Shown piece after piece: positions 38,281 through 46,181 of a stretch of DNA of 64,000 nt. The stretch covers positions 896,001 to 960,000 of the forward strand of contig CAVXGR010000018.1 in the NCBI GenBank assembly GCA_963761335.1, read 5' to 3'. Each line of letters opens with the position of its first letter. The stretch's first letter is position 1. The notes below the pieces were generated by a model. That model saw nothing but the letters and a program-made list of their open reading frames with translations, did not search any database and was not told the origin of the DNA. A program made the position numbers and the translations under genes. The stretch comes from an uncultured delta proteobacterium. Lineage in GTDB: Bacteria > Desulfobacterota > Binatia > HRBIN30 > BPIQ01.

Positions 38281-39444
38281 ATGCGCGACATCGCCGTCGT
38301 CTCCGGTTACCTGATCCGCTGTCCGCTCGGCGGTTACGCCTGGCAGGTCCTGCACTATCTTCTCGGCCTGCGGGATCTCGGTTTTGACGCCTACTTCTAT
38401 GAAGACACCGGCTTCTACTCGGAGTGCTTCGATCCACTGAGCGGCGCGGTGAGCGATGACCCGAGCCGCGGTATCGAGGCGGCGCGCGCCTTCTTCGGAC
38501 GTCATGGGCTCGGCGATCGCTGGATCTTCGACGACACCTGGAGGCGGCGGACCTTCGGTCTCGACGGCGCAGGCCGGGAGGAGATCATCGAGCGTGCCCG
38601 CATCTGGCTCTCACTGGCGGCGGTCAATGCGGTGCCGCCGCGGCGCCGCCGGCAATCCGGTACCGGCTTCATCGACATCGACCCCGGCTATACCCAGATT
38701 CGCGCCGCCGCGGGGGATCGAGCTCTCCTCGAGCTGCTGCGACAGCACCTCGTCCATTTCACCATCGGCGAGCGCATCGCGGGCGGCGATTGCTCCGTCC
38801 CGAGCGGCGGCTTCACCTGGTTGCCGACGCGCCCCCCCGTCGTTCTCGACCTCTGGGAGCCGCTGCCGGCCGATGCGGCGGCGCCGTTCTCCACCATCGG
38901 CCGGTGGGATGAGCAGCGCCGCGAGGTCGAGGTTGCCGGCGAGCCCTACTCGTGGCGGAGGCGCACGGAATGGATGAAGTTCCTGGATCTGCCGCGGCGG
39001 AGCGGACAGCGCTTCGTGGCGGCGATGGACGTCGACAAGGTGCCCGGAGACCGCCGGCGCCTCGAGAGCCAGGGCTGGCAGATTGCCGATCCGCTGTTGA
39101 TCTCCGCCGATTTCGACGGCTATCGCGACTTCATCCGGCGATCGAAGGGGGAGTTCACCGTCGCCAAGGATCTCAACGTGCGGCTGCGCACCGGCTGGTT
39201 CAGCGACCGCGCCGTCTGCTACCTCGCCGCCGGCCGGCCGGTGGTGAATCAGGATACCGGCTTCGAGGAGTGCTTTCCCGCGGGCGGCGGGGTGCTCTCG
39301 TTTCGGAGCATCGATGAAGCCGTCGCCGCAGTCGAGGCGGTGTGCGCCGATCTGCCCGGCCACTGCGCCGCGGCTCGCCGGCTCGCCGCCGACCAATTCG
39401 CCGCGGCGTCAGTCCTGCGCCCGATCGTCGAGCGGCTGTTGTGA
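38281..39444 (+). CDS. Glycosyltransferase-like protein, paralog of 35835..37025
   Basis: PLGG...YLLGL..LG...Y.EDTG, DIDPGYTQ, SKGEFTVAK, GWFSDR..CYLAAGRPVVNQDTGF. Confidence 0.7.
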   Translation: MRDIAVVSGYLIRCPLGGYAWQVLHYLLGLRDLGFDAYFYEDTGFYSECFDPLSGAVSDDPSRGIEAARAFFGRHGLGDRWIFDDTWRRRTFGLDGAGREEIIERARIWLSLAAVNAVPPRRRRQSGTGFIDIDPGYTQIRAAAGDRALLELLRQHLVHFTIGERIAGGDCSVPSGGFTWLPTRPPVVLDLWEPLPADAAAPFSTIGRWDEQRREVEVAGEPYSWRRRTEWMKFLDLPRRSGQRFVAAMDVDKVPGDRRRLESQGWQIADPLLISADFDGYRDFIRRSKGEFTVAKDLNVRLRTGWFSDRAVCYLAAGRPVVNQDTGFEECFPAGGGVLSFRSIDEAVAAVEAVCADLPGHCAAARRLAADQFAAASVLRPIVERLL

Positions 39445-39560
39445 GGCGATCGCGACCAGAGCGAAAGGTGTTCCCGGGGCCTTTGCGCACAGAATCCTCG
39501 TGCACTGCCGTGCCGTCTTCTTTGAGCTTGTTTCCGCTCGTCCGGGTGAAAACGTGCCCG

Positions 39561-39644
39561 CGCCCCTGGCGGGGCGCAGCGGGGCCGGCTTCGGGATCCC
39601 CGGGTCTTCGACCCGGGGCTACACGCCTGCGCCCCTCCGGGGCG
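39561..39644 (-). repeat. Inverted, diverged copy of the REP-like unit
   Basis: Reverse complement of 39597-39644 reads CGCCCCGGAGGGGCGCAGGCGTGTAGCCCCGGGTCGAAGACCCGGGGA, matching the array unit; extra hairpin CGCCCCTGGCGGGGCG at 39561-39576. Confidence 0.75.
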
Positions 39645-39686
39645 AAGGACGTCGAAATCCCCCGGGTAGTCGGTGCGACCCTGCGG

Positions 39687-40661
39687 AACCCGGGGAACGG
39701 CGTGGGTCGAGGATTACGCCGCGGAGCGGCGCGGGCGTGTAGCCCCGGGTGCAACCCGGGGAACGGCGTGGGTCGAGGATTACGCCGCGGAGCGGCGCGG
39801 GCGTGTAGCCCCGGGTGCAACCCGGGGAACGGCGTGGGTCGAGGATCGCGCCGCGGAGCGGCGCGGGCGTGTAGCCCCGGGTGCAACCCGGGGAACGGCG
39901 TGGGTCGAGGATCGCGCCGCGGAGCGGCGCGGGCGTGCAGGCCCGGGTGCAACCCGGGGAACGGCGTGGGTCGAGGATCGCGCCGCGGAGCGGCGCGGGC
40001 GTGTAGCCCCGGGTGCAACCCGGGGAACGGCGTGGGTCGAGGATTACGCCGCGGAGCGGCGCGGGCGTGTAGCCCCGGGTGCAACCCGGGGAACGGCGTG
40101 GGTCGAGGATTACGCCGCGGAGCGGCGCGGGCGTGTAGCCACGGGTGCAACCCGGGGAACGGCGTGGGTCGAGGATTACGCCGCGGAGCGGCGCGGGCGT
40201 GTAGCCCCGGGTGCAACCCGGGGAACGGCGTGGGTCGAGGATTACGCCGCGGAGCGGCGCGGGCGTGTAGCCCCGGGTGCAACCCGGGGAACGGCGTGGG
40301 TCGAGGATTACGCCGCGGAGCGGCGCGGGCGTGTAGCCACGGGTGCAACCCGGGGAACGGCGTGGGTTGAGGATTACGCCGCGGAGCGGCGCGGGCGTGT
40401 AGCCCCGGGTGCAACCTGGGGAACGGCGTGGGTCGAGGATTACGCCGCGGAGCGGCGCGGGCGTGTAGCCCCGGGTGCAACCCGGGGAACGGCGTGGGTC
40501 GAGGATCGCGCCGCGGAGCGGCGCGGGCGTGCAGGCCCGGGTGCAACCCGGGGAACGGCGTGGGTCGAGGATCGCGCCGCGGAGCGGCGCGGGCGTGTAG
40601 CCCCGGGTGCAACCCGGGGAACGGCGTGGGTCGAGGATCGCGCCGCGGAGCGGCGCGGGCG
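39687..40661 (+). repeat. Tandem array of a 66-bp palindromic GTAG-REP-like unit, 14 full copies plus 1 partial
   Basis: Unit AACCCGGGGAACGGCGTGGGTCGAGGATTACGCCGCGGAGCGGCGCGGGCGTGTAGCCCCGGGTGC recurs at exact 66-bp intervals (39687, 39753 ... 40611); GTAG + hairpin CCCCGGGT-GCA-ACCCGGGG and hairpin CGCCGC-GGA-GCGGCG. Confidence 0.97.
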
Positions 40662-40779
40662 CCTTTTGAAAACGACCCCCCGGGCGATGATCTCAATGCG
40701 GCCGGGATTCCGGCTCGACATCGTTTGACCGAAATGCAGAATCGGCGCAGTTTATTTGAGGCTCCCCTCCAGCCGACGC

Positions 40780-41784
40780 ATGCAAGCAGACGAAACCGCC
40801 GCCCGGCCCTCGGGCGATACGCCGCCGCGGCTGTTCAAGAGGAACATTCCCGAGGAAGCTCCGGTGACGCCGAGGAGCATCGCGCTCTTTCGCCTCGGCG
40901 AGCAGTGCAACAACCACTGTCCCATGTGCAGCAATACGGGAGAGGCCTCGCTCTTCTTCCATTCGACCGAGGCGCTCTTGCGACGCGCTGCCTTCCTGCG
41001 GAGCTGCGGCTTCAGACGGGTGGTGGTCACCGGAGGGGAGCCGACCATTCACCCTGGGTTCTGGACGGTGGTGGAGCAGCTCGCGGCCACTGGCATGGCC
41101 TGGGACGTCAACACGCATGGCCGCACCTTCTCGCGGCCGGACTTCGCGCGCCGCGCCGTCGATACCGGCCTCCGCCGCGCCATCGTCTCGCTCCACTCGC
41201 ACGATGCGGCGACCAGTGCCGCCATCTTCGGCGCCAGCGAGGAGGCGCATCGGGAGACCATCGCCGGCATCGACTGCCTGCTGGAGGTCGAGGTCGGGGT
41301 GATGGTGAACTGCGTGCTCACCCGGCTGAACCTGGAGCAGCTGGAAGACTATGCGTGCTGGGGAGCCGAGCGCTTCGGACGCGCCGTCGCCTTCAAGTTC
41401 GTCTTCCCCTCGACCATCGGCAAGGGAGGGCAGTGGCCGGAAATCGCCGGGCTGCGTTACGCCGAGGTGCGCGACATCGTCCGGCAGCTGCGCGAGCTCG
41501 CGGCGCGCCTGCGCCTGCGGGTCTTCTTCGAGTCCTTTCCCAACTGCATTCTGGGCGACGATGTCGCCAGGAATCTCGGCCGTTCGAGCTTCGGAGAAAC
41601 CCATTATCTGGATGATGCCTCCGGTGATCGCGTCTATGCGATGCGGCACATCGAGGCCGAGCTGTCGGCGTTTGCCGAGGTCTGCCGCGGCTGCATCGCC
41701 GTCCGCCGCTGCTCCGGCGTCTCGCGCCAGTATGCCCGGAAGTTCGGGGTCGGCGAGCTCACGCCCCTGCAGCGCCCGACTTGA
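40780..41784 (+). CDS. Radical SAM protein (HxsC-like, C-terminal CxxC-x5-C)
   Basis: CNNHCPMC, VTGGEPTIHP, VSLHSH, FPNC, CRGCIAVRRCSG. Confidence 0.9.
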   Translation: MQADETAARPSGDTPPRLFKRNIPEEAPVTPRSIALFRLGEQCNNHCPMCSNTGEASLFFHSTEALLRRAAFLRSCGFRRVVVTGGEPTIHPGFWTVVEQLAATGMAWDVNTHGRTFSRPDFARRAVDTGLRRAIVSLHSHDAATSAAIFGASEEAHRETIAGIDCLLEVEVGVMVNCVLTRLNLEQLEDYACWGAERFGRAVAFKFVFPSTIGKGGQWPEIAGLRYAEVRDIVRQLRELAARLRLRVFFESFPNCILGDDVARNLGRSSFGETHYLDDASGDRVYAMRHIEAELSAFAEVCRGCIAVRRCSGVSRQYARKFGVGELTPLQRPT

Positions 41785-41842
41785 CCCCTGCCGTGTTCGG
41801 GATGAAGCGGGGTCCTGTCTGCCGGCGGGGGACCGGTAGCGG

Positions 41843-43873
41843 ATGAGCGCGGCGCGAAGCTATGCGCTGCTGCTTCGCGCCGTGACCCGGATCGCGCGCG
41901 GCGAGCGGTTGGAAGGATGGCGCGATGCCTGCCGAGCAATCGAGGGCGGGGCGCCGGAGCTGGCGCAGCTCGTCGCCTCACGCCTCTTCTTTCTTCTCGG
42001 CGACTACCGCGGCGCGCTCGCCGCTTCGAGGAGGGCAAATGATTCCGGCCCGGTGCCGGCGGCGCTGCTCCGCTATGAGCAGGCGCGCGATCTGGGCTCG
42101 TACCACGAAGCCTGCGCCGTTCTCGATGGCGTGCTGCGTGCCGCGCCGTCTGTGAAGTCGGACGGGGGTTCCGCAACGACGTCCGCCGCCGCCCTCGATC
42201 GCGCCGCCGAATACCTGCTGGCCCTCTACTTTGCCGCTCGCCATGACGAGGCGGCCGCGGCGATTCTCGAGCAGTACCTCTCGCCGCCGCGCGGCTCGGC
42301 GTGGGCCCACCTTCAGGCAGCGCGGCTGTACGCTCGCCGCGGGCAGTCGGAGAAGGGGCGGGGGGCCGTCCGCAAGGCCCTGGCGTCGGCAAGGATGACG
42401 TCCTCGACGCGGCTGGAAGCGGCGGAGGCCCTGCTCGAGCTCGGCGCCTTCGACGAGGCTCGTGCCATCTACGAGACCATCGCCGGCCAGGACGCTGGCT
42501 CGACACCGGCGCTGGAGGCGCTCGGTCGCCTGTGTCTGTGGATGGGAGACTTGGAAGGTGCGCTCTCCTACGCCGAACGTCTCTGTGCCGCCGCTGCCGG
42601 GAGCACCGCGGGACGGCGGATGCGGGCCGCCGTGTCCCTGCTGCGCGGCAGCCCGGCGGCGGCTCTCGCCGACCTCGATGCGGCCCTCGCCGAGAATCCC
42701 CGCGACGGCGAGGCGTACCTGTGGCGCGCTGAGGCGCGGCTGCGGATGGGGCGCAGAGAAGAGGCCTACGCCGACGTGGATCGCAGCCTACAGCTGGGAT
42801 ACTCGTTCGCGGCGCGCGCCATTCGCCTGCTCGCCGGACTGATTCCGGGAGGCGCGGTCGTTGAAGCCACGTACCAGGAGCTGATCGCCGAGCTCACCGG
42901 GATGTTCGCCGATGCCGGCGAGATTCTCGCCGGGAACAGCGCCGATCGCCTCGGGGCGCTGCTCGAGCGCGCCCTCGTCGCCATGCGCGGCAACCGCACG
43001 CCGCTGGCGACCTGGGTGCGCGACGATGGCTCGTTGGCCCGTTTGCCGCAGTCGACCTCGGTGCGCGCCGCAGCGCGGCAGGCGATGGAGCTGATCAAGG
43101 TGGCGCCAGCCGCGGAGGCATTGCGGCGGCTCGATGAGCTGGTGGCTCGCTTTCCCGATTCGGCGATGCCTCTCGTCCACCGCGGCGAGCTGCAGCTGTG
43201 GCTGGGCAACTATGCTGAGGCGCGCGCCGACCTCGAGGGAGCGATCGCCGTGCGCAGACAGACGCGCTGGGCCTGGTACGGGCTCGCCTGCCTGGATCTG
43301 ATCGACGGCGACCCGGCGCGTGCTCTCGACACATGCGCCGCCGGGATCGCTGTCATGTACAACACCGAGGGGCCCGCCGCCTTCCTGTACCGCGGCGAGG
43401 CCTGCCGGCTGCTCGGCCGGCTCGAGGAATCCCGCCGGCAGCTGCAGCTCTCGTGTGAGAGCAACCCGACGCGGCTCTCGGCGTGGATCAATCTCGCCCT
43501 GGCGCACGGCGCCGCCGGAGACCGGGCCGCCCAGCGCCAGCTGTTCCAGCAGCTGGTGCACAGGGCGCCCGCTCTCCTCTCCGAGGCGGCCGCGGGGCTC
43601 GGGGAAGAGGCCTTTCGCGCCGCCGTCATCGAAGGATACTTCGATCCCCGGGGCCAGGCCCCCCCGCCGGAGGTGATCGATCGGGTGCTGGAGCAAGTGC
43701 TGCGTATGATGCGGGGCAATCGCTCCTCGAGCTGCGTTACCTACTTTACCGAGGACGGGCAGCTCCGCCACGTCCCACAGGACGTCACCGGTATCCACTT
43801 CGACGGCCCCACCGAGGAGCGGACACTCGCCAGGATGGCCCAGGTGCTGAGGCGGGCGATCGAGGGCCGCTGA
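41843..43873 (+). CDS. Tetratricopeptide repeat protein with a duplicated MRGNR module
   Basis: TPR-like helices (AYLWRAEARLRMGRREEAYADVDRSL, VHRGELQLWLGNYAEARADLEGAI, AFLYRGEACRLLGRLEES). Confidence 0.82.
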   Translation: MSAARSYALLLRAVTRIARGERLEGWRDACRAIEGGAPELAQLVASRLFFLLGDYRGALAASRRANDSGPVPAALLRYEQARDLGSYHEACAVLDGVLRAAPSVKSDGGSATTSAAALDRAAEYLLALYFAARHDEAAAAILEQYLSPPRGSAWAHLQAARLYARRGQSEKGRGAVRKALASARMTSSTRLEAAEALLELGAFDEARAIYETIAGQDAGSTPALEALGRLCLWMGDLEGALSYAERLCAAAAGSTAGRRMRAAVSLLRGSPAAALADLDAALAENPRDGEAYLWRAEARLRMGRREEAYADVDRSLQLGYSFAARAIRLLAGLIPGGAVVEATYQELIAELTGMFADAGEILAGNSADRLGALLERALVAMRGNRTPLATWVRDDGSLARLPQSTSVRAAARQAMELIKVAPAAEALRRLDELVARFPDSAMPLVHRGELQLWLGNYAEARADLEGAIAVRRQTRWAWYGLACLDLIDGDPARALDTCAAGIAVMYNTEGPAAFLYRGEACRLLGRLEESRRQLQLSCESNPTRLSAWINLALAHGAAGDRAAQRQLFQQLVHRAPALLSEAAAGLGEEAFRAAVIEGYFDPRGQAPPPEVIDRVLEQVLRMMRGNRSSSCVTYFTEDGQLRHVPQDVTGIHFDGPTEERTLARMAQVLRRAIEGR

Positions 43874-43894
43874 GGGCCCCGGAGCGATCTCAAC

Positions 43895-43924
43895 TTGACT
43901 CTGTCATCTGGGCGGTGGTACGAC
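43895..43924 (+). promoter_or_regulatory. Putative sigma70 promoter upstream of the HxsD-rSAM-ferredoxin gene
   Basis: TTGACT-18 bp-TACGAC with TG at the extended -10 position. Confidence 0.4.
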
Positions 43925-43952
43925 CCTGAGGGTCACCCCACCAGGCCATGCG

Positions 43953-46151
43953 ATGCCTGAGCCGATCTATTTCCACAGCGATCTCTACAGGCGCGAGGCC
44001 CTGGAGCTTGCCGCCGACAAGTTCCGGCGCAAGGCGCGCGTCGAGCTCGGGGAAGACGGCTCTTACGTAGTTGCGCGGCTCGAGCCGTTGCGGCCCGAGG
44101 AGGACTCCGGGAACCTGCGCGATGAGTTCTGCACCGAGGTCTTCTCCGCAACCGCCCGTACCCTCCGGGAGCTGACGCCCGGGGACGCCGGAAGGCGGCA
44201 GACGGTTGCGGCGGATGGGTCGCCGCCGTGGGGTCTCCTGGAGCCGTTTGCCGAAGGCGCGTCTCTCGGCCTCGGCTGGGTGCTGGAATCGCTGAGCCCG
44301 GCGCGCGCCGGTGCCGCCACCATGATGCTCCGCCACCAGAGTGGCGGGTCCGCCCGCGTCGCCATCCGCCGCAACGGCGGCGCGCCGCTGGGCATCGCCC
44401 ACACGGACCGGCTGGACTTCATGCTGATGAACGGCGGTGGCGGCACGGCGCACACCGACGACTCGATCGGTCGCGTGCTCGTCGCCTTCGCCGAGGTCCT
44501 CCAGACAAATGTGCGGCCCGGCGACGATCTCCTGGCGGAGCTGACGGCGCACGCGGAGACGGGCGCCGCCGGCGGAGCGGTGAATGGCGCCGGGGCGGGA
44601 GCCGGAGCCCGCGCCAGGCGCGTCGCCCCGCGAATCGATCTCGAGCAGGAGACGATCGCCTTCGATTTCGAAGAAGCGGGTGTCAGCCGCCTGGCGCTGT
44701 ACGATGCGGTGCTGTCGTTTGCGAATCGCTGCTACGTCTTCATGTCGCGGCAGGACCCGAATCGCATCGCCGTGCGGGTGCGCTGCAGGGAGGACGCGTC
44801 GCCCGAGGCGCTCAAGACCCTGGCGGCGGAGCTGACGCGGGCACTCAACCAGGTCATGCGCAACGGCGCCGGCAGCTCCGCCTCCGGCGGTGCCGAGGCG
44901 CGCAGCGGACTGCGGCCGCTGGCGCGACAGCGGCTCGATCTCGAGGATCTTCTCACCGAGCTGGAGGCTGCCGACCCTGCCACTCTGGGTCTGGGGTTTC
45001 AGCCGGAGCGAGGCCCGGGACACGAAGGCCTCCGCGTGCTCAACATCCGTGGCACCGGCGCCTGCAACAGCGACTGCGTCTTCTGCGTCGAGAAGTTCGA
45101 TCCGGCGCACCGCTCGATGCCGAAGGCCGACCTCACGCGTCAGTTCATTCTCGACTCCGCCGGTGAGTTCGACATGCTCTTCTTTGCCAGCGGCGAGCCG
45201 ACCATTCATCCGAAGCTCTTCGAGTACGTCGAGCTCGGCAAGAGCGTCGGCTTCACCAGCTTCGGCATGTCGTCGCATTTTCGCACTCTCGCCGACCCGC
45301 GCTATGCATTGAAGCTGTTGCAGGCAGGTTTCGAGTACTTCGACATTTCTCTGCACGCCGCCGACGCCGCCTCCCAGCTCGACGTCAACCCGATCGGCGA
45401 CGGCGGGCGGTCGCTCTTCGAGGCCCTCAAGGGGCTCGCGGTGCTGTATCGCCTGGCGTCGGCCCTGGGCATCCGCATCAGCGTCACCCAGAAGATCGTG
45501 GTCACGCGGCTGAACGTGACGCAGCTCGAAGAGATCTTCCAGGCGACATACGACCGCGGCGTGCGGCATTTCATTCTGCAACCGGTGCGCGCCATGAATC
45601 TCGACCCGGAGCGCCGCGCCCTCGTGGATATCTCCGAGGAGGAGATTCTGCCCCATCTGAACGAATTTCTGCGGCGTACCCAGGGAAGCGGAGCGGTCGT
45701 CAAGCCGTATGGCTTCGCGCGCCATGGCCTCTTTTCGGGCGAGCACGTGGAGACCGAGCAGAACCGGGTCAAGAACGTCTACGGAAAGGTCCGCGGCTCC
45801 GGAGCTCGTCGCGAGATGCCGGCAGCACAGGAGGTGCGGCCGGCGGACGGGCGCCACTGGGTCGAGGTCCGCATGTCCGACTCGGGCTATCGATGCGGAT
45901 TCCCCTCGTCCGGAGACGTGCCCCTGCTGGACGACGCCCTGCAGAGCGGCTTCGAGCTTCCGTTCGGCTGTCGCATGGGCTCATGCGGAATGTGCTGTGC
46001 CCGTCTTCTCGAGGGTCGCGTCGATCAGAGCGGTCAGTTCTTCCTCAACGAGGAGCAGGTTCGAGACGGCTTCGTGCTCATGTGCCAGGCGCGGCCGTTG
46101 TCGGACGTCGTTCTGCGCCTGTGCACCGATGACGAGCTCGATCCGCTCTAG
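43953..46151 (+). CDS. Multidomain protein: HxsD-like / unknown / HxsD-like / radical SAM / [2Fe-2S] ferredoxin
   Basis: FHSDLYRREALELAADKF...DEF and LYDAVLSFANRCYVFMS...ALNQVMR (HxsD-like); CNSDCVFC, ASGEPTIHP; LPFGCRMGSCGMC...VDQS...LMCQARPLSD (plant-type ferredoxin). Confidence 0.85.
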   Translation: MPEPIYFHSDLYRREALELAADKFRRKARVELGEDGSYVVARLEPLRPEEDSGNLRDEFCTEVFSATARTLRELTPGDAGRRQTVAADGSPPWGLLEPFAEGASLGLGWVLESLSPARAGAATMMLRHQSGGSARVAIRRNGGAPLGIAHTDRLDFMLMNGGGGTAHTDDSIGRVLVAFAEVLQTNVRPGDDLLAELTAHAETGAAGGAVNGAGAGAGARARRVAPRIDLEQETIAFDFEEAGVSRLALYDAVLSFANRCYVFMSRQDPNRIAVRVRCREDASPEALKTLAAELTRALNQVMRNGAGSSASGGAEARSGLRPLARQRLDLEDLLTELEAADPATLGLGFQPERGPGHEGLRVLNIRGTGACNSDCVFCVEKFDPAHRSMPKADLTRQFILDSAGEFDMLFFASGEPTIHPKLFEYVELGKSVGFTSFGMSSHFRTLADPRYALKLLQAGFEYFDISLHAADAASQLDVNPIGDGGRSLFEALKGLAVLYRLASALGIRISVTQKIVVTRLNVTQLEEIFQATYDRGVRHFILQPVRAMNLDPERRALVDISEEEILPHLNEFLRRTQGSGAVVKPYGFARHGLFSGEHVETEQNRVKNVYGKVRGSGARREMPAAQEVRPADGRHWVEVRMSDSGYRCGFPSSGDVPLLDDALQSGFELPFGCRMGSCGMCCARLLEGRVDQSGQFFLNEEQVRDGFVLMCQARPLSDVVLRLCTDDELDPL

Positions 46152-46181
46152 GGGAGACTCCGCCGGCCTCCGGCCCAGATC

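Noticed and set aside
39687..40661. CRISPR array (66-bp period resembles repeat plus spacer)
   Set aside because: The whole unit repeats almost identically, with no unique spacers, and no cas genes are in the window
39200..40696. 498-aa minus-strand ORF and the 342/395-aa plus-strand ORFs (NPGNGVGRGLRRGAARACSPGC repeats) over the array
   Set aside because: By-products of a GC-rich 3n repeat; the Cys-containing frame is broken by a stop at 40368-40370, and these ORFs overlap real genes
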